64,000 nucleotides of DNA from Monocercomonoides exilis PA203. Its lineage: Eukaryota > Protista > Preaxostyla. Positions 26,481 to 37,770 of this stretch are shown piece after piece (within the stretch, counting starts at the first letter, position 1; every line of letters starts with the position of its first letter). A program made the position numbers and the translations under genes. The DNA is taken from contig LSRY02000046.1 of assembly GCA_001643675.2 (NCBI GenBank), positions 496,001 to 560,000 on the forward strand, in the 5' to 3' direction. The notes under the pieces were generated by a model. That model was not told the DNA's origin and searched no databases. It worked only from the letters and a program-made list of their open reading frames with translations.

Positions 26481-26563
26481 GCAAATGGGTATGATACGAC
26501 CAGTGAAATTTTCATATTATAACGATTTCTTTTTCATATGGCACATTATTTTTGAAATCATAA
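26481..26563 (+). repeat. Degenerate repeat copy, inverted relative to 41126-41586
   Basis: 26481-26504 matches the reverse complement of 41563-41586 at 20/24. 26536-26563 (ATATGGCACATTATTTTTGAAATCATAA) matches the reverse complement of 41126-41153 at 26/28. Confidence 0.6.
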
Positions 26564-28371
26564 CTTTTTTCGGGGTGTTTTTTTAACAAATAAAAACTAT
26601 TATTATTTGTGAAAATAATTTGAGTATTGACTTATTTCAACTAATTTGTCAACGTTTCATTTTTTTTCAACAGATTTTTGCAACAAAAATGAAAATGTGA
26701 ATATGAACCATAATAAAAATGTTTATTCAAAAATTAGATAAAAACCAATTTTCATTAAATGAGAACTCTCTTGATATAAGCAACAAAAGTCTGTGTTTTT
26801 CATAAATGTCATTCTTTGCATTTTCGCTAAATGAACAATAACACTGTTCAAAAAATGTTGAAAAAATTGATATTTTTTCAATGAATAATCAATAAATATC
26901 TTCATCTATTTCAACTGTGCATAATTTGAACATTATCAGCAATCATCATTTTGCATAGGATTGAAAATATGACTTAATGATTTGGAGCATAATCAATCTT
27001 TTTAATATTTTTTTCTCAAATTTCATCATTATTTAGTTTCATCAAATTACAGTTATTGACAATTGATTGCGAAATGAGATTAACACTTTTTCGTTGAAAG
27101 CTGATTAATATTTTTTGCATTCTTGAAAGATGAAATTCATTGAAGAAAACTTTATCATTAATGATTCAGATTGCACATATTTTTGTCAGAGTCATCTTTA
27201 ACAATAAGTTTGAATTGATCTTTTTGAAAGAAGATATTTCGTTATTATAGGTCATATAATTACAAAAAAACCATTCAAATTATACGCTTTCACGGATGAT
27301 TCATTTTTTGAGATCAGCGCTTTTAATCTGGAACGTTCATTTTATCATTTTCTCACAGAAATGATCCAATTGTTAAGAGAATCTTATGATGAGAAATCTT
27401 GAACCTGTGCGATTAGAAAAGTTAATGCGTTGTTCTTTTTTTATCCAAAAAACGAATAAAGGATAATCCAAAGGTCTGAGATAAATTTTTTGGTAAATTC
27501 TGATTCGTTCAATTATTAAATGATTCATATCTGCTATAACAAAAATTCGTTCTCAACAATTTGGCTTCTGGAACATTTGTTCATTTCAACAAAATAAGAA
27601 ATGAAGAAAATCAACAAACTTTCGTTTCTTCAAACAGTCATTCTGAGCTTGAACATATCTCAATACGTTTGAATTAAAAATTCATTTTCTTTCTCTTTAT
27701 TGTTAAAATGTTGAATGATTTCGTGAGACTACAGGATCATTAAAAAAATGAAGCAGAATTAGATTGAATGAGCTGTCACATCGAAAGAGAGTTAAAAATG
27801 CTAACCATTCGTGAGCAATAAGGCTTAAAGCTCAAGAATAGATGAATTTGACAAAATAAATTTAACGTTTGTCAATATTCGTTTATTTCGATTGTATTCA
27901 GAAAATAAAAATTTTGTTTTTTTTCAATATCGTGTTGGCAGACATTTTTCAAAATTTGACACAATTCAGCAAACGTTTTTTTGAAAATGAGAAAAACGAT
28001 TTTCGAAATATGAATTTGATTCGATGATTTGAATAATCTAAAACAAATAATATTGAATGTTTCGGATAAAAAAACATCATAAATATCAAATGTTTGTCAA
28101 GAAACAGTTCTTTATGAGAATTTTTGAATTTTTTGAAATATGATAAAGAAAAGTTCAGACATTTCAAATCTGAAATCTCATTTTTTTTTTTCAGTTTTTG
28201 AAATCAAACAGATGAAACATAGAAAATTGTTGTTAAAAATAGAAAATTTTTGTTGTTGAAAAAAAAGAGAGAATTTCAAAATTTTTGAACAAAAAATGAA
28301 TCATATGCCGACATATGCATTTTTTCAAAAAAAAAAAAATAAATAAGTAAATATTAAAATATCAATAAATA

Positions 28372-28619
28372 AGTTGGAAAACTTAATTTATAAAAGCGTT
28401 TTGAGTGTCTGCCCTGGGAGGCCGATTCTGGACCCAAAGCCTTCAAGAAACTGCATTGGACCGGTCACAATGCAGTTTCAGGACGGAATCGACCTTGCCC
28501 TTCATTTTGACAATAAAGTCAAAAATCTGGGTACTCCAAAACATGTGTATTAGTCCACATCATATGGAGCTTGAGCAACAGACATGTTCAAAAGCTTTTA
28601 AAAATTAATGTTCTCAACT
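28372..28619 (-). ncRNA. Candidate structured RNA / foldback element immediately 3' of the transposase gene
   Basis: GC-rich island in AT-rich DNA. Long closing stem (28372-28413 with 28577-28619), perfect 12-bp hairpin (28447-28458/28468-28479), helix 28419-28428/28486-28495, hairpins 28505-28524 and 28534-28569, and a crossing 7-bp pairing 28432-28438/28526-28532. Several apparent mismatches become G-U pairs on the minus strand. Confidence 0.5.
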
Positions 28620-28655
28620 CCGACAAACAAACACAACCAGAAAAATATTCAAAAA

Positions 28656-31600
28656 TCATTCAAATTGAAAACTAGTTAATTTTTTCCTTTCGTTAAATAA
28701 TCTAAATGTGAAATTTCCAATTTCATTTGATTTTGAAAGGAAATTCTTTTTTTGAAAACACTTTTTTGGACGTTCATCTCGAGTTCTTGCCTCCTTGAAT
28801 GTTGCTTTGAATTGACCAATCGAGTTTGGTGGAGATGCAACCGAACGAAACACTTCCTTTCCCCGCTTCTCGTAAAATAAATAAGTTTTCATTGAATTCA
28901 CTTCCATCTTTCTCCAAAGAATTCTATTTGAAGCATTATGCCTAATATTTATTAAATAAAAATAATTACGAAAAAGTTAAAGAAAATCAAAATGATACAT
29001 AAAAGACAGAAAAAATCACACTTTAAAAAATATCGAAATATGTCGCTGCTTTTGTCTAATGAGTTTATTCGGATATTTTTTGCTTTTTCGCATGAAAGAT
29101 TGAAAAAGTTAATCAACTCTTCGATGTTTGTTATCACAGTATCATCATCTAAATAGTTGTTGATGTAGTGTGTGAGGCAACCAAACTCTCCATCGCATTC
29201 GCTCTTTCCATGTCTCTCACAAAAAAACGACAACGTTGTTTTTTTTCCTTTGGCGAATGAAGAGTTATCAGATAATAGAAAATGAAGTAGTTGCGAATTT
29301 CTGAAATGCGTGCCAGTATCACACATGAAGTGAAACCTCTTTTTATTTAAAAATATATCATCATCCAACACTTGCTTCAAACATTCAATAGCAAAACGAT
29401 AATCGTGAGATAGGTTGGAAGAGAAAAAGTTGAATACGTGTTTTTTTCTCACTCCTCGATCATCTGACACGAAGGCAATTACGCAAAATTGGGACACCTC
29501 TTCTTTTTCGTAAAAATCTTTTGATATTTGATTTCTTCTTATCGGTAATTGCCAGTTTTCCTTAAAATCAAATAGAATAAGCACTTCATTTCGTTCTAGA
29601 GAACTTTTCAAATTTTTGAAATGCTTCTGCTGATTATCTGCCAGTTGTCTGTGATGTTCAAGCAGTTCGAGTGAAATCTTCTCGTTTTCGTTCAAATCTT
29701 CTTTGTTTATGATAAGTTGTTTTTGTCGTTTCATCAGAAATGAGTAATGATTGCATAGATTGCAAACGTCTGTTCTGCGTTTTGCTCGTTTGAGATGACG
29801 TGTCATTTTGTAAAATGTACTTTTTGACATCTTTAAACTTGTTGTTTTTGTTAATTTATCGTATAATTCAGCCTTTGTAGTATTAATTAACCTTGGTGGG
29901 GTTTTCAAACAATTCTGACGTGAAGATTTTGAACTGATATATTTTGACGTTTGATGACTGTTACGTTGAGATTTGTTGCAATCATCCTTGCATGTTGAAT
30001 GTGAAGGAATAATATTTCTATTTGTGGAATTTCTTTTCTCACACAGAGATATAGATGAAGTACCACAAATGCAAGCTGTTGAGTGAAATGAATCCATTTT
30101 GCTTTCACAAAATGTTGGTGAAATGAGAGATGATAAATGTGTGTGTGTATCGTTGGATACATGTGAAATGTTTGTATCAGTTTGATTTTTAACAGTTGAA
30201 CAATTTTGTGATATTGTTGATTGAAATGAATCTATGTTATTTCCCGAATTATGACATTTTGTTGATAAGCTTTGTTGATTTTGTGGTAAAGAACATAAAT
30301 TGGGTGAAATGGGATATGAAAGAAAACCAGTGTTGAATGAATCATTTAATTTGTATATTGATAAGAGAGGAAATGATTTTCCTTTCAAATGATTTTTATA
30401 ATAAGAGTTCAAATTGTCGTTTATTTCTGTGATGCTTTCATCATCACATCGAATCCAATTTGTGTTTTCTTCGAAGATACTTGAGTTGTTGAATACTTTG
30501 CATATAGAAAAGAAATGTCCATTGTCTGTTGATCCAGAATGAAAAAGTTGGGCAACAAGTGAATAGATATGAGCTCCAACATTTGGCGTTTCACTGACAT
30601 TCCAAACTCCATTTTTTGTTGAAAAAGAAATTGTTTCATAAACATTTTGCGTTATAGCATGTTTGGCCTTTGTTTTCTCTAGAGAAATTGATAGAAAATT
30701 CGGAAATTTAGATATGTTCAAAACGGATAATTGACGTGTGACATCACAACAACATTCACAATAGGCTTCTTTATTGTTTATATTTTTATTTGAATAGGAA
30801 TATGATTCATTGAATGCTGTTATCAAATCATCTCCTTGAAGTCTGATTATCGGTGATTGTTCAGTTGCACCTATTGATACACAATCACAATTCGTGCATT
30901 TTCTCGGGAAGCTAACAGAAGTCATCATTTCATTTGATATGATTGGAATGCAAGATGAGATATCACTGAAAAGACTAAGAAAAGAATTGTAGAACTCCTG
31001 TTGATTTCTTTTCTCAAGGTGATGTTTCCCCTCCCATTTGTCTATGAACATGTTTGTCCATGATGAATTTTTGAATGATCCGTTTTTTTCTGTTCCTAAA
31101 GTTTGAGGCACTATCAAATCGCATAAATATTTGTCAAAAGAAGAAAGCCTTCCTTTCCTCACATTGTTGTTACTCATTCGAATTATTATTGTCCGAAATA
31201 TCTGAATTAACGAAGCCAAATAACACGTATTTCCGAAATTTTGAAGAGGTGAAAACTGAATAGGTGCTGAATTACAACTGTTATAATTTGTGACCCGATT
31301 ATCTGATGGCTTGTGAAACTGAATGTTTGTTTGTTTTTGAACATTTGTTAGAAAATCTTCAGAAATTGACTCCTCCATATCATCATCGATTTCCATCTTT
31401 GAACTAGAAAAATCATTCAGTTCAACTTCTCCCATATCAAACCAGTCATCAATATTTGGATCGCTGCATTGTTCAAGGCATGATTGTTGGATATTTGAAT
31501 CCTGGAATTCACAAATTGAATCTGAAATGTTGATTTCATTTTCGAAAATATCCATAGCGCCATGTTCAGGTTCATCAATAGTATCCATATCTGATATAAA

Positions 31601-32449
31601 AATACTCGAATCATCTTCTTCTGTAAAGTAATTTTTCAAAGGATCAATGTCCTCTTCCATTTGGCTGTCACAATTAATAATAGTGAAATCATCATCAAAG
31701 AATAAAGTTTTCTCTAAATAGAAAATAATTGTTCAAAATGACACGCAAAAAGATAAACACGAATAAAGGATATTCATCAAAGTTTAGATTGATAAGATAA
31801 TAGAAAATACGTTTTTTGTTTGTCAATAAAAGACGAGATTCCTTGCTTGATTCTGTTGAATTTTCCGTAAGAAAATTATTGAATATGTTAAAATCATCTT
31901 TGCTAAGTTCTCGATAATACAATCAAAAATAAATTTCATAGAAAACAAAAAACAAAAAAATAAAAATGAACAAACTTCTTTTCGAAGGTGGAACAGGAGG
32001 CTTATTGGTGAATTCAAAGTCAAAATTTGTGGGTGAACTGTTATTTTTGGCATGATTGTAGTTTCCTTGCGAACACTGGAAGCCACAATCATGAAGCTGC
32101 CTTAAACTGAATTCGTTGCACACACACTTTAGCAATGAAACTTTCGCGTGTTTATTTTGCTCTGAATTGTAAGCTGATGCCATTCGCAACAGGACGAACC
32201 TGCTTTTTTCTTAAAAAATATTGTTTCATAATTGCAAATATTAAAATTATGAAAACTGGCTTGATACAAACCATTGAATATGCTTTGGATATCTGAAAAC
32301 AATTCTTTCCCCTTGTTTGTGTGCAAAAACATATGTTTGATCATTGTTGCTTCGTCGTGTCCGGATTTGGTGACAAGAAAGTTCCATGCTTCTGTGCACT
32401 TTTCACTCTTCCGAGAATTTGACAAATGAGAAAATTTTTTTTGCTCCAT
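28656..32449 (-). CDS. DDD DNA transposase (Sola-like) with an embedded ubiquitin-specific protease (peptidase C19) domain; ~1162 aa, 5 exons
   Basis: Exons 32449-32272, 32209-31976, 31909-31811, 31713-29022 and 28941-28656 total 3489 nt in one open frame (the intron-2 acceptor is an unusual GAG). USP motifs: LQNFGNTCY, NQQEFY, CTNC/CECC, HSGSTDNGHF, WIRCDD. Transposase motifs: SKSTFYK...TDVCNLC...EHH, LFDFKEN, SHD, FMCDTGTHFRN, FFCERHGKSECDGEFG. Confidence 0.8.
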
Positions 32450-33332
32450 GTTTCAAAATTAATTCTATTTCTACTCGCAATTATCAAGATCATTCAATGG
32501 GATGATCAAAACACTCCATAATTTTCGATTATTTGTTATTTTGAATTTCAATTTTTTCTATTTGCTTTGCTGATTGAGAGTTTCAACAAAAGAAGGACGA
32601 TTCAATCCATTTTGTTTGCATGAAGGGAAACAATTTAATTCCAGTTGTATTCAATAATCAATTATAAAGTAATAAAAAATAAAAAACAAATTCAATTGTT
32701 TTTAAATAAAAACGGTTTTGAATTTTGCTTTTTGATACGTGTTAATCTCTCAAACTAATTATTTACATATTATCATTGTAGCTTCTGCTTAAAAAACGAT
32801 ATTCAAAGTTCCAATCATGAACGAAAATTTCTATTATTCTTCAAATGTTTTCATTTTCATATTCAAATTATTTGAATCTTCTTTTAATTCTTCTTCTTCA
32901 CAGACTGAACTAAGCACAACCTTTTTCAAGAAATCCGACTTGCGAATCGATGCTCTGCTCTTCCAGATTGAAGTTGATCTGAAAGAAAGGTCAAAATAAA
33001 GGAAAATTTGTCTTGATAAAATCAGGATGGCCTTTATTTTGCCTATTTATCAAAATAATGTTATTATTTCAAATTTTCAGCTGCTTGATATTTCTCTGAA
33101 GCTGCTTGTTAGCAACTGACTGACATTCTCCATTGATAAAGAAGTGGGGAACTGTGTAGAGAAATTCAATGTGAAGACTTTGGATACAAGGAAATGAATA
33201 CAAAGAACGTGGTAGAAGCATTTGAACAAGGACGAAAATGCAATTCCAATTAGGAGCCTGAACCGAAATCCATATTATTTTCTTCATCTTCATCTTCTTC
33301 CTCCTTCAACTCCCAGTCAACCTTCCACCTTT

Positions 33333-34436
33333 TCTATTCTCGCCAGCTTGTATCATCACTCGACTGGATCAACACCCATCCGCTTTGTGCCGACTACCGC
33401 TCCAACACCCCTGACCAGTGCATGCAGCCCCTGGGACACGCGTACGAGCTGCCCTCTCTCATTGCCAATGGCACCCTCACACATATTCTGTCTGAACAGC
33501 CGGGGGTGAAGACGCTGTTTGTGCATAAAGTCGAAGGAATTGGAGTGTGGTGCGACTCAGCACTACTGGAGAGGCATTGGAAGGGAGGAAGAGTTGTGGA
33601 CTTTGAGGTGATGGAGAGAGGAGTGGAAGACAAAGGATGCTTTTGGGGGAGAGTGGAGACAACAGGCGGAGAGGAAACGAAGGCAGAAACAGAGACTGAG
33701 GCTGAAGAAGAGAATGGAGAAAGAGAGAAAGGAAAGTTATTGGATGAGATATAAAGTGAGATAAGCAAATCCAAAATCTATCAAAGCGAAAGAAAAGTCT
33801 CAACGGAATGTGATGAAAGCAAGAGATCTTCGAACACATCTCAGCCAGTGCTTCCAGACAGCACTCATTCGTCAGCTGATTCAGCGATGCTGTGCCTTCC
33901 TGGAGAGCGCATATTGAGTGAGGAAGAGAAATGGAGGCTTCGCTTTGTGGCAACAGGAGCCATGTGGATCGATGTGGATGGGCTGCAGTCGTCGTTTGGG
34001 CTGACCAGAGGAGACATACTGAAGCAGAATGAAGTGAATATTGATGAAGTGAAAAGAGAACACAAAACAACAAAAGAACCCCACAACTCTTCTTCTGAAG
34101 CAATATCACAAGGCAAACAAAGCTATTTGCTGTCCAAACGCAATGAAACAACAGAAAAAGCACAAAACATCATTTCTCGTACAGAAACACATCAAGAAAA
34201 CCACAATTCTTTCACCTTTGCTGCGTTCTCATCCAACGAGCATCAAGCACTTCCGCACTGCTTCTCTAACCCCCCTCTTTTCACTCCTTCCTCGCCCTGC
34301 TACACACCGGCATCTCCATCAAGCGGTACGGCGCACGAAATATAACACAGGCGGTGAAGAGTCACATTCGACTGCTCAGATGGACAAGCTCTTCTCAGAC
34401 ATCACTCACGTCGACAGTAAAATGAACTTCAAATAA
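33333..34436 (+). pseudogene. Disrupted fragment of a bacterial-type UTP--glucose-1-phosphate uridylyltransferase / UDP-sugar pyrophosphorylase-like gene
   Basis: LDW...ADYRSNTPDQCMQPLGHAYELPSLIANGTLTHIL..., DFEVMERGVEDKG, MWIDVDGLQSSFGLTRGDI and AQMDKLFSDIT recall this family. In-frame TAA at 33752-33754 (the ORFs on either side share a frame) and a frameshift before the last motif. Confidence 0.65.
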
Positions 34437-36307
34437 AATTTGAAAGATTTTCCAGATCGCATTTCAAACAGAAAAAGAACACATTTTTTTACAGATGAAT
34501 TTGAAATAAAATGTTCATTGAAATGAACTTTATAGAAAAAGACAATGCAGACTCCAGGAAAGATAAAGCTTGTTATCTTCATGTGAACAAGTGCTTTCTT
34601 TTTGAAAATGACTGATTAAGACAATTATATTTGTAGGAATTTTCTTGTTCAAATCATGAATTTTTAGTGTTTTTCTGTTAATAATAACTATTTGATACAA
34701 GAAGACTGGTCATTAATATTCAATGGAAAATATGCACTACTAACAGACCAAAAAATGTCGAAACTTTTGAGGAAAACTTGTTGCCCATGAAAAATCATAA
34801 AAAAATTTATTTTCTGAAAAAATGGAAACTTCTGGATTAATGAACGGACAGTTTTGGAACCGTTGCTTCAAGATAAGAAACATGAAAAAAAAGAAATAGA
34901 TAAAAAATGAAAATGAAAATGAAGGTGAAGAAGAAGATGATGATGAAAAAGCAGATAAAATGAGAATAATAACTATGATAAATAAAATTATTGAAAAATT
35001 AAAAATTAATTAAAATGATAACAAAAACAATCATTAATTTATTTCTCTTTCTCTTTCACTTTTTCTCCAAAATCTCACATTGACTTATGTGCCTTCACAA
35101 GATGCCACCATTTTCATCACCGAATCTCCACCCTCTGCATCATTATAATCAGTGATGACATCAACAGCAACTCTTTAATCTCTCTCTTTGTGAACAGCTG
35201 CAGAAACAGCGTTGAAACAGGAGGTATCGACACATAAGCCGTGAAGTTTCCTCCACTGACAACGATTATTGAAGTATATTCGTTGAATCCATTTCCTGAG
35301 CAGCCATTGGAAATGTTGGCATTGAAGAATAAAGAAGATGAAGGAGAAATTTTGTTCCTGTTTAGCCTTCCATTTTCCACTAGATCCGCTATCATCGATG
35401 CTGTATTTACCTCCTCGTTCAGCATACACAATCTTAAAACAGGGTGATGTTGCGCATCACATCTTCTTCCTTCCTCACCTTCACCACCTCTTCCAGAGAG
35501 TGCCTCAGTCAAATACATTTCCTCTGCCACACTGCCTCCAGCGTCCGGTGCCCTATCTTTAATCTGATGAACACATACAACTCTCCGACTCCAATTGACT
35601 GCAGTGCAAACAACCACTAAGCCACTCAGTCCATCTAGCACAGCATCAGCGCAAGACTATTCACACGCTTTCTGCACAGCACTTTCACCAGCCGCAACTG
35701 CTTAAACATCTCAATCTCGATGTTGTCCTCCTCCACAACGTACACCCGGTTGATAGCCCTGCTCAGCTGCTCCTTCCACTCGATCACCAGATCTGTCATC
35801 GACTTCTGTATCGGCTGCACCATCACTTTCTTCGCACTGTCCACAAACCTCCGTACAACTTTTTGAAAAAGTCTCCCACTTTGTGAGAACGTTCGCGGCA
35901 GGTCGTATTCCATGTGCAAGAAGCTATTTACAAGCGACGCAACACACAGGGAAGCAGGGAGGGTACTATGAGTGGAGTAAGGGAGAGTGGAGGAGGAAGA
36001 TGTAGATGAAGAGGAAGAAGAAGAAGAAGAAGGTTGAGAAAGAAGAACATTGTGTGGTGAATGAAATGGTTGAAGTGATTGTGAATGAATGGAATGAAAA
36101 AGAGGAGGAGAAGAAAGAGAATGAGAAGAGGAGGAAGAGGAAGAAGAAGGAGAAGAGGAAGAAGAAGATGAAGGAAAAAAAGATAATAAACAATTATTTA
36201 TTTCTTCATTCTTCTTTTCCATTTTAGAAGAAGAATTTTCATCAAAAATTGTTGTGAAGATTGGGAAAAGGCAAAAGTTTCATTGTAATTGGAGCAGAAA
36301 GGAAAGG

Positions 36308-36545
36308 CTTTGATGGAGGAAGAAGAGAAGAAGAGGGAGAAGAAGAAGAAGAAGAAGAAGAAGGAGAAGGAGAAGGAGAAGAAGAAGAGGAGGAAGAAGA
36401 TGAAAGAAATGAAGAAGAAGGAGAAGGAGAAAAAGAAGAAGAAGAAGAAGAAGAAGAAGAAGAAGAAGAAGAAGAAGAAGGAAGAGGAGAAGGAAATGAA
36501 GAAGGAGGAGGAAAAGAAGGAGGAATGTTTAAAGAAGGAGAAGCA
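36308..36545. repeat. (GAA/GGA)n purine microsatellite
   Basis: Near-pure purine tract including an uninterrupted (GAA)n run at about 36435-36480. Confidence 0.9.
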
Positions 36546-37694
36546 TGACTTAAGGAAGGGAGAGTAATATTAGAAGAAGAAGAAGAGGAGGAAGAGGAAG
36601 AAGATGACGATGGAAATAAAGAATTTGTTGCTATTGTTAATGAAGAAGAAGAAGGATAAGAAATGTTTGAAGAAGAAAAGAAAAAGGAGAAAGAGGAGGA
36701 AGAAAAAGGAAATGAAGAAGAAGAAGTGTTTGAAAAAGAATAAGAATTACAAGCATTTGAATTAGAAGAAGAAGAAGCAGAAGAAGAAAAGAAAACAGGA
36801 GCAAGTGGAGAAGGTTTGAATGAAGTGTGGGACAAACCAGCTTCTTTCGCATCGTCAAAAGCAGCCGTCTCGAATTTTGCTCTTCTTTTCATTGCTCTTT
36901 CTCTCCTCCTCTCCAAATCCCATGCAAACTCTTCGTCATCATCATCTTCTTCTTCTTCTTCTTCTTCTCTTACTCTTTTTTTCTGTTACACTTTTTCTTT
37001 ATGTTGTTTCTTCCCTTCACTTTGCTCATTTTTGCTATGTTTGTGACTTTTTTCTTTCTTTTTCACAATTTCATCTTTTTCTTCTTCTTCTTCCTTCATC
37101 ATCCTCTTCTTTTCCTTCTCCTTCTTCCTCCTCCTCTTCTCCTCTTTCTTCTTCTCCTTCTCCCTTCTCCTCAATATTTCTTTGTCTTCCTCTATCACTT
37201 TCATCATCTTCTCCTTCTCTCTCTTCGATTGCTCTTTCACTTCATCATATTTCTTTTCTTCCACATTCACACACAAATCTTCTTCTGCTAATTTTATTTC
37301 AAAACTTTTATTTCCTTTTCTCTTCTCTTCTTCTTCTTTTCTTTCTCCTCTTTCTCCTCTTTCTCTTTCTCTTTCTTCCTCTTCTTTTCTCTTCTTCCCT
37401 TCATTTCTTCCTTCTTCTCCTCTCCTTCCTTTCAGTTTCCCATCCAAAAATAAATCAAAATTGTATTTCTTTCCATCAAACTTTCCTTTTTTTTTTTGTT
37501 CTTCTCTTTCTTTCTCCTTCTCTCTTTCATTTTCTCTTTCTCTCTCTTTCTCTCTCTCCTTCTCTTTCAGCTTCGCTTCCTCCTTCTTTTTGATAACCAA
37601 ATCAAACAAATCGTCTTCTTCGGGAAACAAATTCGGCTCTTTTGGACGGAAAGGCGCAATTTCTGTGACAGACACAGTGAGAAGAAGATGTTTA

Positions 37695-37770
37695 GAGGAA
37701 GAAGAAGAAGAAGAAGAAGAAGAAGAAGAAGAAGAGGAAGAGGAAGAGGAAGAAGAAGAGGAGGAGGAGG
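37695..37770. repeat. (GAA/GAG)n microsatellite
   Basis: Direct read of the sequence; encodes poly-Ser on the minus strand. Confidence 0.9.

Larger units (their letters stand above)
28372..32449 (-). mobile_element. Putative Sola-like DNA transposon (minimum extent; termini not identified)
   Basis: Intact transposase catalytic core lying in a pseudogene-rich block. No convincing TIR or TSD pair found by eye near the gene. Confidence 0.55.

Noticed and set aside
26700-27900. Possible ancient pseudogene
   Set aside because: No sustained ORF or identifiable motif in any frame I read.
27932-28315. TGTTGGCA / TGCCGACA inverted ends
   Set aside because: Match is too short and does not extend in AT-rich DNA.
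28372-28619. Structured element as SRP, RNase P/MRP, telomerase RNA or hammerhead
   Set aside because: TGGGAGGCCGA resembles Alu/7SL but there is no helix-8 AGCAG motif. The P4-like strands are only ~57 nt apart. No CCCUAA template and no CUGANGA core.
29050-29830. Fanzor/TnpB RuvC nuclease
   Set aside because: Motifs are DFKEN / CDTG / HGKSECD of DDD-transposase type; no RuvC-III DxNAAxN motif.
28403-32516. GAGTGT ... ACACTC as Sola-type termini of the transposon
   Set aside because: Only 6 bp match, and the flanks (TTTT vs CATA) form no target-site duplication.
32820-33293. Second transposon ORF upstream of the transposase
   Set aside because: Exon-like pieces only; no consistent spliced model or family.
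33752-33754. TAA-to-Gln alternative genetic code
   Set aside because: Intact genes in the window end with TAA/TAG and the long ORFs contain none internally.
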